A stretch of DNA of 64,000 nt, from NCBI GenBank assembly GCA_964016885.1, contig OZ024744.1, positions 59,954,001 through 60,018,000 of the forward strand, in the 5' to 3' direction. A model generated the notes under the pieces. That model was not told where the DNA came from. It did no database searches and saw only the letters and a program-made list of their open reading frames with translations. The translations under genes and the position numbers were made by a program. Positions 1-13,809 of the stretch are shown here, in pieces; positions within the stretch are counted from its first letter, which is position 1, and every line of letters begins with the position of its first letter. This stretch comes from Eledone cirrhosa. Taxonomy: Eukaryota.

Positions 1-182
1 AAGGGACGTAACAATGTTGGAAAGCATGGCGTCCAACCCTCTACCGATTCTGCCAATCTACCGCCCTATAATAACAATAATTGTTTCTACTTTTGGCACA
101 AGGCGAGCAATTACCCAGTGCATTACTGGTACTTTATTTTATCGACCCCGTAAGGATGAAAGGCAAAGTCAACCTCGGCAGG
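1..182 (-). mobile_element. tRNA-derived SINE family 1, two partial copies
   Basis: Matches the recurrent family consensus (aattgtttctacttttggcacaagg...tcgaccccgtaaggatgaaaggcaaagt...cctcggc). Confidence 0.8.
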
Positions 183-184
183 AT

Positions 185-350
185 AGTAATAACAATAGTA
201 ATAACAAAATCAATAACAACATCAATAATATCGACAACAACAGTATTAACAACATCAATAACAACAGCAACAACAACGTGAACATCAATAACATCATCAT
301 CATCATCATCATCATCAACAGCAACAACAACAACAACAGCATCAACACCC
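185..350. repeat. (AAC/AAT/ATC)n degenerate trinucleotide microsatellite
   Basis: Direct inspection. Confidence 0.9.
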
Positions 351-589
351 CAACGTGAGCATCAATAACAACGAAATGGTATCTTAGATAAAAAGATTGC
401 ACCCCCACCCCACCCCACCCCGCCCCACCCACCCACCCCACCCCACACCCCACCCCACACCAAGAGCTTCTTAAGAGAATTTCAAGGAATCCTTATTGAA
501 ATTCACCGCAGCCCGTTTCCAAGATTCCAAAAATTCTATAAAGTTGACTTCAGGAATTTTATCAGAATTAAATTCCACGGATACTAAAG

Positions 590-2368
<1,779 letters not shown>

Positions 2369-2511
2369 TCAAAATAATAATGATAAAGATGCTGATACTG
2401 ATAATGATGTTTGTAAAGATGAGAATATACATTTTTTTAAAGAATAGACAAGACGCAAAATCACAGTCTTATTCGTTTCACGCTTATATATATGTGTGTG
2501 TGTGTGTGTGT

Positions 2512-2612
<101 letters not shown>

Positions 2613-2654
2613 TAACAATTATAACGAGCCAGACAATTAGATATCGCCTCTCTA

Positions 2655-2822
2655 TCTACTAATATATAATACCCTTGTGTATTTGTCCGTCACAAGAGAT
2701 GACTGAGGAAGGAAGAGGTAATAACATCTACATCTATGTGTGTCTATATGTATAGCAATTTGGCTACACACATTGGCTGTTAGTATTATGGGAGTGTTTG
2801 TGTGTGTTTGTATCACTTGTGT
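2655..2822 (+). mobile_element. 5' fragment of a non-autonomous Helitron-like element
   Basis: A|TC start; similar to 46898-47090 (tgtgtatttgtcc...caagagatga.tgaggaaggaag...acacacattggctgttag). Confidence 0.55.
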
Positions 2823-3324
2823 CGTTGCTGAAAATTATAGAAGCTGGATTCTTATTGAATTCCAGTAATAATCAGGAACTGATTACACAGAGCAATTGCC
2901 GGTCTAGTGAAAACTAGGTGTTAGGATTGGTGGTCTGAAATAGCGATGTATATATGACTGAATGCATAGTATATTTGACAATTTTCTATAATTTTCGTCA
3001 CAGGCAGGGGAGTGCGTGGTTTTGATAAACTCCAAACAGTGAGAAACAGACTGTTAGACTCTCTCCCTACCTTTGCCGAAAATAAGTGACACAGTCACTA
3101 CTTTAAAACTGATAGCGTATGGTCTTCTAAATGTTTTTAGAAGTATACTATACATACATTCATGTATACATCGCTATTTCAGAGCACCAATCGTTTCTCT
3201 CTCTTCCGTCTTTTTACTTCTCCTTAACACAGCGACTTACTAAAATAAACAAACCACTATCCTGATGTCTTCCAAAAGTAACGGTTGCATTTTGAAAGGG
3301 TACGTCAATGTTTATTTATAAAAC

Positions 3325-3532
3325 TGGTATATATTGTATTTTGTCTGATGAAAGCACACCATAATTTAACTTGGTATCCTTGAAATATGTATAATGAAAT
3401 AAATATGGTTTTATAAATATAGTTTCCATTTGTTAATATCGTATATCTACTCCAAATACTTGTCGAGTGCTTTATATCAGTTATAAAAATATTTGCTTGT
3501 GTTGTATCCCAACAATTTAAATAGAACTTTTG

Positions 3533-3535
<3 letters not shown>
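3325..3535 (+). mobile_element. Penelope-like pLTR remnant with hammerhead-like motif (3340-3395)
   Basis: ctgatga-stem II-gaaa-tatgta; same family at 31890-31995 and 49025-49330. Confidence 0.6.
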
Positions 3536-3580
<45 letters not shown>

Positions 3581-3584
<4 letters not shown>

Positions 3585-3684
3585 TGTAATAAACAACATA
3601 AGATAATTATTTCATTTACCAGTGGTTGCTTTCAAGAAACCACTGGTAAATGAAATAATTATCTTATGTTGTTTATTACATAAC
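3581..3684. repeat. Near-perfect palindrome, arms about 47 bp
   Basis: gttatgtaataaacaacataagataattatttcatttaccagtggtt ... aaccactggtaaatgaaataattatcttatgttgtttattacataac. Confidence 0.9.
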
Positions 3685-3749
3685 TAATAAGCTCTGTAAC
3701 TTACATAGAGCACTCTTTTTTTCCTGGACATTTCCGACGGAATCACTTC

Positions 3750-3835
<86 letters not shown>

Positions 3836-4103
3836 GCACAGAAACACGAACGCATACACACATCACAAATTCAGACTGAGCTGAAGGTGGAACGAAGAAG
3901 AAGAAGCAGAGGAGGGGGATGAGGAATGAGGAAGGGCAAGAAGAGTGATGGGAAGGAGCAAGGAAGGGGATGAGGAGGATGAGGAGGTGTAAAAATAAAT
4001 ATACAATTATTTCAGTTATCTATCTCTAATACGTCAACATAGGACAGAAATTATGTATGTAAGTATATACGTATGTATGTATGTGTGTATGTATGTATGT
4101 ATG

Positions 4104-6074
4104 TTTTCTCTTTCTCTTAATTTCGAGTATATTTTTGACCGGCCACCTTCCTGGTGGCAAGGTTGTAAAAGAAAAGAAATTGTCATCCCTTGAATCGCAA
4201 GAATGTTTTGCAAATTATGAAGGTGCCAGCTATCGCAGCCATTTGTAGACTATGAATTAGGGAGCTGCGCTTTTTGTCCGCAAATCCAAGTTCAGTCATA
4301 CTTTGGTCCAAGCGGGTTGGTATATAACCCGTAGCTCCAATAATGATGGGTATGAAGCTAAAGGTGTATCTTGGATACTGGATTTGTAAACTCCTCATCA
4401 ATGGTCCGTAGATGTCCTCCTTCTCCTGTATTTTTCTGACAACGTTTACATCAAGTGGGCAGCTGATCTCCACAACAGAACACGTTTTCAATGTGTGCTC
4501 CCAAACTACAATATCAGGCCGGTTGTGCTTTAATTTGGTGGCAGTTTTTATTTTCAGGTTCCACCAGTATTCCTTAGTGCCATCTGTCTCAATATATTCT
4601 TCCTCGTTTGTTGTTAATTTTGTTTTCCGAAGTTCGTTCCAGATGGTTCTAGCTATTCCATCGTGTCTCATGGGGAGGTAGTAGCGAGATGACATTCTTT
4701 CGCAGCTGGCAACAATGTGGCTTACATCCTCGATCTTTGTTTTACATAGCCTACATTTATTGTCAGCTGCTGGCCCTCCTCTTTTGTGCAGCAGATATTT
4801 GGTAGGGAGTTCTTGTTCCTGTATTACATAGAGATATCCCTCAAGGTGTGATATCATAAACTTGTCGGAACTCCATGCCAGGCTTTTTGAGTGGTTTATC
4901 CCCTCTATAGTCTGTGTTTTACGCCTCAAGTATCCATGCACAACTTTTTGTGTAAATTGGTCAATTTTTTTATCTTGTTTGAACATTGAATAGGATTTTC
5001 CGATTTCTCTGGGTGAGAGATTTATATCAGGCTTTATTCCATATCTCTCCTCCAGATCAGTCGCTATTCTAATGATATTTCTTTTTTCATGCTCATAAAC
5101 CTGGGCAAGATGGTTGCCAACCTTTTTCCTCTGTTGAAAGTGTTGCTTCAGTGTTACTATCCGGATCTCATATGTTGGTAATATTGATTTTAGACCCCGG
5201 CCACCTTCCTTGCGTGAGAAGTATAGCCTATCCACATCACCATTGATGTTAAAGTTCCCAGTAACACTGAGAAGTTTTCGAGTTCTAACATCCATCTCAC
5301 TTAGTTCTTGCAATGACCAGTTCAGTAGGCCAAATGTTGGCGTTAGAATTGGCACAGCATAAGTATTGTGGGCAATGTATTTGTTGTATGCTGACAGTTC
5401 TGATGACCATATTTTCTTTACTCTTCTGAGGTATTCAGTTCTGGTTCTCTCCTTATTTATGGGTCCATCATATCTGACATTCTCATCCTGTCCAAGATAT
5501 CTGTAGTTGTCACCTGACTGCAGAGGTTGTATTGTCAGGCCGTTTATCTCCAGATTTCTAGAGGAGGGCACAGCTCTTCCACGTTTTACTGCCAAATATG
5601 CACACTTGGACTCACCAAATTTCATTTGATGTCTGTTGAAAATTGTGTAATGAGGTCCAATTGTTTCTTGATGTCATTGATATTTGGCCCATACAACTTC
5701 AGGTCATCAACAAAGAAAAGATGGGAGATACTTCTGGGCCCACTTCTTTGTCCACCTTGTTTCCTGAGTAGGTAAGATAGTGGATTCACTGAGAGAACGA
5801 ATAGTATAACTGACAAGCTATCACCCTGAAAGATGCTCTTCTGGTAATGTATCTTATCAGTCTTAACCTGCTCCTTCTCACCTCTAAGGATCAAATTGGT
5901 GTACCAGTTCTTGGTCAGGCGTTCAACAGCAGCTACCAATGGTTGTGGGACTTTAGCTAACTGTAAAGCCTTAATAATCCACCCATGAGGTACACTATCG
6001 AATGCTTTTTGATAGTCCAGCCATACGACAGTCATGTTTCTGCGATTCTTTGTTGTTTTTTCCTGAATCATTTT
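4104..6074 (-). mobile_element. R4/Dong-clade non-LTR retrotransposon family A, copy 1 (5'-truncated; RT, CCHC, restriction-like endonuclease)
   Basis: RT motifs WLDYQKAFDSVPH, FQGDSLS, HLFFVDDLKLY; CRLC...HIVASC; RHD; RPDIVV...VEISCP; 3' UTR hairpin gccacc/ggtggc; both junctions in (TACA)n. Confidence 0.93.
4183..6074 (-). pseudogene. RT-RLE polyprotein C-terminal part, split by a 1-nt frameshift near 5625
   Basis: ORF 5622..6239 (RT from KMIQEK) and ORF 4183..5625 join at FSTDIK/MKFGESKC. Confidence 0.88.
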
Positions 6075-6212
6075 GTTAGTTAGTATGTATGTATGTATGT
6101 ATGTATGTATGTATGTATGTATGTATGTATGTATGTATGTATGTATGTATGTATGTATGTATGTATGTATGTATGTATGGATGTGTGTATGTATATATGT
6201 ATGTATGTATGT

Positions 6213-6665
6213 AAGGGCAAAGGAGCTCTTAAGAGTCAATGGCCATCCAAAATCACCGGGAGAGATGACCCCTTAGCCTTTGTCAAGGCAGAATTCTTGG
6301 AGAAGGAAAACTCTGATATAACACCTTCAACCCTAATGGTATCCAATGATGTTGACTTGTTCTTCTTTTTGGTAAATATCATCTTGGTTAAGAGAGTGGG
6401 ACTGGCTTTGTGCAGTGCCATTGCTCACTATAAAAGCTTCACGGCACAGGCATTGCTTTATATATGGAGATCTCTCTGCACTTGTCGTCACATGGTACCA
6501 TGGGCCCAGCACTATGTGTCAATAATTGTCCAAGTGTAGTGTTTATACCAGAGTTTTCAAGTCGCTGGCTGGACTAAAAAGTCACACTCGTTCAGCGCAT
6601 CGGTAGGGGTTCTCCTACATGGATATAAAATAGTGGCCGTACTCGAAAACGAGTTGGCAGCCACC
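6213..6665 (+). mobile_element. Non-autonomous bipartite RTE-derived element family 1, copy 1 (5'-truncated)
   Basis: RTE-type 5'UTR motif ggagaaggaaaactctga joined to an RTE-type 3' end (actcgaaaacgagt hairpin, gcagccacc), then an (ATGT)n tail. Confidence 0.8.
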
Positions 6666-6696
6666 ATGTATGTATGTATGTATGTATGTATGTATG

Positions 6697-6730
<34 letters not shown>

Positions 6731-6760
6731 TGTATGTATGTATGTATGTGTGTATGTATG

Positions 6761-7059
6761 TTTTCTCTTTCTCTTAATTTCGAGTATATTTTTTTGACCG
6801 GCCACCTTCCTGGTGGCAAGGTTGTAAAAGAAAAGAAATTGTCATCCCTTGAATCGCAAGAATGTTTTGCATATTTTGAAGGTGCCAGCTATCGCAGCCA
6901 TTTGTAGACTATGAATTAGGGAGCTGCGCTTTTTGTCCGCAAATCCAAGTTCGGTCATACTTTGGTCCAAGCGGGTTGGTATATAACCCGTAGCACCAAT
7001 AATGATGGGTATGAAGCTAAAGGTGTATCTTGGATACTGGATTTGTAAGCTCCTCATCA
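6761..7059 (-). mobile_element. R4/Dong family A, copy 2 (3' ~300 bp)
   Basis: Near-identical to 4104-4400; flanked by (TATG)n. Confidence 0.93.
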
Positions 7060-7310
7060 TATGTAAGTATATAAGTATGTATGTATGTATGTATGTATGT
7101 ATGTATGTATGTATGTGTGTGTGTATGTATGTATGTATGTATGTATGTGTGTATGTATGTGTGTGTGTATGTATGTATGTATGTATGTATGTGTGTATGT
7201 ATGTATGTATGTATGTATGTATGTATGTATGTATGTATGTATGTATGTGTGTATGTATGTGTGTGTGTATGTATGTATGTATGTATGTATGTGACCTGAC
7301 ATAGATATGT

Positions 7311-7914
7311 CTATGTCAGGTCACCAGTTGGTGCTACTGGTAACATGTATCCCAGTACAACCTGTCTCATGGTCGGGTCGTTGGCGACTAAACTGGCAAC
7401 CCCACCAAGGTTTCTTGGTGAGGAGGGTGACTTTGGACATCCTGCAGGACTAAAAACAAAACCTGTCAAAGGGCAAAGGAGCTCTTAAGAGTCAATGGCC
7501 ATCCAAAATCACCGGGAGAGATGACCCCTTAGCCTTTGTCAAGGCAGAATTCTAGGAGAAGGAAAACTCTGATATAACACCTGCAACCCTGATGGCATCC
7601 AATGATGTTGACTTGTTCTTCTTTTTGGTAAATATCATCTTGGTTAAGAGAGTGGGACTGGCTTTGTGCAGTGCCTTTGCTCACTATAAAAGCTTCACGG
7701 CACAGGCATTGCTTTATATCTGGAGATCTCTCTGCACTTGTCCTCACATGGGCCCAGCACTATGTGTCAATGGTTGTCACAGGTGTAGTGTTTGTACCAG
7801 AGGTTTCAAGTCGCTGGCTGGACTAAAAAGTCACACTCGTTCAGCGCTTCGGTAGGGGTTATCCTACATGGATGTAAAGTAGTGGCCGTACTCGAAAACG
7901 AGTTGGCAGCCACC
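7311..7914 (+). mobile_element. Bipartite RTE-derived element family 1, copy 2 (full length)
   Basis: ctatgtcaggtcacc...gcagccacc; encodes remnant [19 protein letters not shown], resembling the zinc-finger-like C-terminus of RTE-BovB-type ORFs. Confidence 0.85.
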
Positions 7915-7919
7915 ATGTA

Positions 7920-7955
<36 letters not shown>

Positions 7956-8037
7956 TGTATGTATGTATGTATGTATGTATGTATGTATGTATGTATGTAT
8001 GTATGTATGTATGTATATATATATGTATGTATGTATG

Positions 8038-8068
<31 letters not shown>

Positions 8069-8369
8069 ATGTATGTATGTATGTATATATATATATGTAT
8101 GTATGTATATATATATGTATGTATGTATATATATATGTATATGTATATATATATGTATGTATGTATATATATATGTATGTATGTATGTGTATATATGTAT
8201 GTATGTATATATATATATGTATGTATGTATATATATATGTATGTATGTATATATATATATGTATGTATGTATGTATATATGTATGTATGTATATATATAT
8301 ATATGTATGTATGTATGTATATATATATATATATGTATGTATGTATATATATATATATATGTATGTATG

Positions 8370-8401
<32 letters not shown>

Positions 8402-8795
8402 TGTATGTATGTATGTGTATGTATGTATGTATGTATGTATGTATGTATATATATATATATATGTATGTATATATATATATATGTATGTATGTATGTATCT
8501 ATGTATGTATATATGTATGTATATATGTATGTATATATATATGTATGTATATATATATGTATATATATATGTATGTATGTATATATGTATATATATATGT
8601 ATGTATATATATATGTATATATATATGTATGTATATATATATGTATATATATATGTATGTGTATATATATATGTATATGTATATGTATGTATGTGTGTAT
8701 ATGTATATATATGTGTATGTATGTATATATATATATGTATATATGTATATATATATACATACATACATATATATGTATATGTATGTATATATATG

Positions 8796-8864
<69 letters not shown>

Positions 8865-8893
8865 GTGTATATATATATATGTATATATATATG

Positions 8894-8924
<31 letters not shown>

Positions 8925-9036
8925 GTATATATATGTATATATATATATATGTATATGTATATATGTATATATGTATGTATATATATATATGTATATATAT
9001 GTATATATATGTATATATATTATGTATATGTATATG

Positions 9037-9068
<32 letters not shown>

Positions 9069-10150
9069 TTATATGTATATATATATGTATATGTGTATAT
9101 GTGTATATGTATATGTATATGTATATATATATATGTATATATATATGTATATATATATGTGTATATATATATGTATATGTATGTATGTATATATATATAT
9201 ACATACATACATATATATGTATGTGTATATACATATATATACATACATACATATATATGTATGTGTATATATATATATATACATACATACATACGTATGT
9301 ATGTATGTATATATATATATATATACATACATACATATATATGTATGTATATATATATATATATACATACATACGTATGTATGTATGTATATATATGTAT
9401 ATATATACATACATACATATATATGTATGTATGTATATATATATATATATACATACATACGTATGTATGTATGTATATATATATATATATACATACATAC
9501 GTATGTATGTATGTATATATATATATATATATACATACATACATATGTATGTATGTATGTATATATATATATATATACATACGTATGTATGTATGTATGT
9601 ATATATATATATACATACGTATGTATGTATGAATATATATATATATATACATACGTATGTATGTATGTATGTATATATATATATATATACATACATACAT
9701 ACGTATGTATGTATATATATATACATACATACATATATATGTATGTATATATATATATATATACATACATACATATATATGTATGTATATATATATATAC
9801 ATACATACATATATATGTATGTATGTATATATATATATACATACATACATATGTATGTATATATATATATATATACATACATACATATGTATGTATGTAT
9901 ATATATATATATATACATACATACATATATATATATATGTATGTATATATATATATATATACATACATACATATGTATGTATGTATATATATATATATAT
10001 ACATAGATACATATATATATATGTATGTATGTATATATATATATACATACATACATATGTATGTATGTATGTATATATATATATACATACATACATATAT
10101 ATGTATGTATGTATATATACATACATACATGTATGTATGTATGTACGTAT
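7915..10150. repeat. 2.2 kb compound (TATG)/(TA)/(CATA) microsatellite
   Basis: Direct inspection; internal polarity switches. Confidence 0.95.
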
Positions 10151-10189
10151 GTTCGCAGGCCGTGCGGCGGCGTTTCGATTCGGCCGTCA

Positions 10190-10829
10190 CTATGTCAGGT
10201 CACCAGTTGGTGCTACTGGTAACATGTATCCCAGTACAACCTGTCTCATGGTCGGGTCGTTGGCGACTAAACTGGCAACCCCACCAAGGTTTCTTGGTGA
10301 GGAGGGTGACTTTGGACATCCTGTAGGACTAAAAACAAAACCTGTCAAAGGGCAAAGGAGCTCTTAAGAGTCAATGGCCATCCAAAATCACCGGGAGAGA
10401 TGACCCCTTAGCCTTTGTCAAGGCAGAATTCTAGGAGAAGGAAAACTCTGATATAACACCTGCAACCCTGATGGTATCCAATGATGTTGACTTGTTCTTC
10501 TTTTTGGTAAATATCATCTTGGTTAAGAGAGTGGGACTGGCCTTGTGCAGTGCCTTTGCTCACTATAAAAGCTTCACGGCACAGGCATTGCTTTATATCT
10601 GGAGATCTCTCTGCACATGTCCTCACATGGGCCCAGCACTATGTGTCAATGGTTGTCCTACCATGGGCCCAGCACTATGTGTCAATGGTTGTCACAGGTG
10701 TAGTGTTTGTACCAGAGGTTTCAAGTCGCTGGCTGGACTAAAAAGTCACACTCGTTCAGCGCTTCGGTAGGGGTTATCCTACATGGATGTAAAGTAGTGG
10801 CCGTACTCGAAAACGAGTTGGCAGCCACC
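10190..10829 (+). mobile_element. Bipartite RTE-derived element family 1, copy 3 (internal ~35 bp tandem duplication)
   Basis: Near-identical to copy 2; catgggcccagcactatgtgtcaatggttgtc occurs twice (about 10627 and 10662). Confidence 0.85.
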
Positions 10830-11012
10830 ATGTATGTATGTATGTGTGTATGTATGTATGTATGTATGTATGTATGTATGTATGTATGTATGTATGTATG
10901 TATGTATGTGTGTAGATATGTATGTATGTATGTGTGTATGTAGGTATGTATGTATGTATGTATGTATGTATGTATGTAGGTATGTATGTATGTGTGTATG
11001 TATGTATGTATG

Positions 11013-11995
11013 TTTTCTCTTTCTCTTAATTTTGAGTATATTTTTTGACCGGCCACCTTCCTGGTGGCAAGGTTGTAAAAGAAAAGAAATTGTCATCCCT
11101 TGAATCGCAAGAATGTTTTGCAAATTTTGAAGGTGCCAGCTATCGCAGCCATTTGTAGACTATGAATTAGGGAGCTGCGCTTTTTGTCCGCAAATCCAAG
11201 TTCAGTCATACTTTGGTCCAAGCGGGTTGGTATATAACCCGTAGCACCAATAATGATGGGTATGAAGCTAAAGGTGTATCTTGGATACTGGATTTGTAAA
11301 CTCCTCATCAATGGTCCGTAGATATCCTCCTTCTCCTGTATTTTTCTGACAACGTTTACATCAAGTGGGCAGCTGATCTCCACAACAGAACACGTTTTCA
11401 ATGTGTGCTCCCAAACTACAATATCAGGCCGGTTGTGCTTTAATTTGGTGGCAGTTTTTATTTTCAGGTTCCACCAGTATTCCTTAGTGCCATCTGTCTC
11501 AATATATTCTTCCTCGTTTGTTGTTGATTTTGTTTTCCGAAGTGCGTTCCAGATGGTTCTAGCTATCCCATCGTGTCTCATGGGGAGGTGGTAGCGAGAT
11601 GACATTCTTTCGCAGCTGGCAACAATGTGGCTTACATCCTCGATCTTTGTTTTACATAGCCTACATTTATTGTCAGCTGCTGGCCCTCCTCTTTTGTGCA
11701 GCAGATATTTGGTAGGGAGTTCTTGTTCCTGTATTGCATAGAGATATCCCTCAAGGTGTGATGTCATAAACTTGTCGGAACTCCACGCCAGGCTTTTTGA
11801 GTGGTTTATCCCCTCTATGGTCTGTGTTTTACGCCTCAAGTATCCATGCACAACTTTTTCTGTAAATTGGTCAATTTTTTTTTCTTGTTTGAACATTGAA
11901 TAGGATCTTCCGATTTCTCTGGGTGAGAGATTTATATCGGGCTTTATTCCATATCTCTCCTCCAGATCAGTCGCTATTCTAATGATATTTCTTTT
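11013..11995 (-). mobile_element. R4/Dong family A, copy 3 (3' ~1 kb, intact CCHC plus RLE frame 11093..11896)
   Basis: 267 aa ORF nearly identical to copy 1; both ends in (TATG)n. Confidence 0.93.
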
Positions 11996-12434
11996 ATGTA
12001 TGTATGTATGTATGTATGTATGTATGTATGTATGTATGTATGTATGTATGTATGTATGTATGTATGTATGTATGTGTGTAGATATGTATGTATGTATGTG
12101 TGTATGTAGGTATGTATGTATGTATGTATGTATGTATGTATGTATGTATGTATGTATGTATGTATGTATGTAGGTATGTAGCTATGTATGTATGTGTGTA
12201 TGTATGTATGTATGTATGTATGTGTGTATGTATGTATGTATGTATGTATGTATGTATGTATGTATGTATGTATGTATGTATGTATGTATGTATGTGTGTG
12301 TGTGTGTATGTGTGTGTGTGTATGTATGTATGTATGTATGTATGTATGTATGTATGTGTGTATGTATGTACGTATGTATGTATGTATGTATGTATATATG
12401 CATGTATGTATGTAGGTATGTATGTATGTATGTA

Positions 12435-12466
<32 letters not shown>

Positions 12467-12598
12467 GGTATGTATGTATATATGAATGTATGTATGTATG
12501 TGTGTGTGTATGTATGTATGTGTGTATGTATGTATGTATGTATGTAGGTATGTATGTATGTATGTATGTATATATATATGTATGTATGTATGTATGTA

Positions 12599-12630
<32 letters not shown>

Positions 12631-12888
12631 GGTATGTATGTATGTATGTATGTATGTATGTATGTATGTATGTATGTATGTATGTATGTATGTGTGTATG
12701 TATGTATGTATGTGTGTATGTATGTATATATGTATGTATGTATGTATGTATGTACGTATGTATGTATGTATGTATGTATGTATGTATGTATGTATGTATG
12801 TATATATGTATGTATGTATGTATGTATGTAGGTATGTATGTATATATGTATGTATGTATGTATGTACGTATGTATGTATGTATGTATG
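11996..12888. repeat. (TATG)n microsatellite
   Basis: Direct inspection. Confidence 0.95.
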
Positions 12889-13388
12889 TTTTTTCTTTCT
12901 CTTAATTTCGAGTATATTTTTTTGACTGGCCACCTTCCTGGTGGCAAGGTTGTAAAAGAAAAGAAATTGTCATCCCTTGAATCGCAAGAATGTTTTGCAT
13001 ATTTTGAAGGTGCCAGCTATCGCAGCCATTTGTAGACTATGAATTAGGGAGCTGCGCTTTTTGTCCGCAAATCCAAGTTCGGTCATACTTTGGTCCAAGC
13101 GGGTTGGTATATAACCCGTAGCTCCAATAATGATGGGTATGAAGCTAAAGGTGTATCTTGGATACTGGATTTGTAAACTCCTCATCAATGGTCCGTAGAT
13201 GTCCTCCTTCTCCTGTATTTTTCTGACAACGTTTACATCAAGTGGGCAGCTGATCTCCACAACAGAACACGTTTTCAATGTGTGCTCCCAAACTACAATA
13301 TCAGGCCGGTTGTGCTTTAATTTGGTGGCAGTTTTTATTTTCAGGTTCCACCAGTATTCCTTAGTGCCATCTGTCTCAATATATTCTT
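12889..13388 (-). mobile_element. R4/Dong family A, copy 4 (3' ~500 bp)
   Basis: Near-identical 3' end; flanked by (TATG)n. Confidence 0.93.
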
Positions 13389-13603
13389 GTATGTATGTAT
13401 GTATGTATGTATGTGTGTATGTATGTATGTATGTATGTATGTATGTATGTGTGTATGTGTGTGTGTGTGTGTGTGTATGTGTGTGTGTGTATGTATGTAT
13501 GTATGTATGTATGTGTGTATGTATGTATGTATGTATGTATTTATGTATGTATGTATGTATGTATATATGTATGTATGTATGTAGGTATGTATGTATGTAT
13601 GTA

Positions 13604-13635
<32 letters not shown>

Positions 13636-13739
13636 GGTATGTATGTATGTATGAATGTATGTATGTATGTGTGTGTGTATGTATGTATGTGTGTATGTAT
13701 GTATGTATGTATGTATGTATGTATGTATGTATGTATGTA

Positions 13740-13772
<33 letters not shown>

Positions 13773-13773
13773 A

Positions 13774-13809
<36 letters not shown>

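Noticed and set aside
401-460. G-quadruplex-forming (GGGGT)n on the minus strand
   Set aside because: Present, but an ordinary simple repeat with no functional context.
5615-5635. Programmed frameshift in the Dong ORF
   Set aside because: A single missing A in a short A run is better explained by mutation or sequencing error; R4/Dong elements normally have one ORF.
7318-7400. Canonical HDV-like or twister ribozyme in the RTE leader
   Set aside because: A gtcg/cgac-taa-actgg segment is suggestive, but P1 pairs only 5 bp, L3 would be 3 nt and twister signature nucleotides are absent.
7768-7855. C2H2 zinc-finger gene
   Set aside because: Single incomplete finger inside a multi-copy retroelement 3' end.
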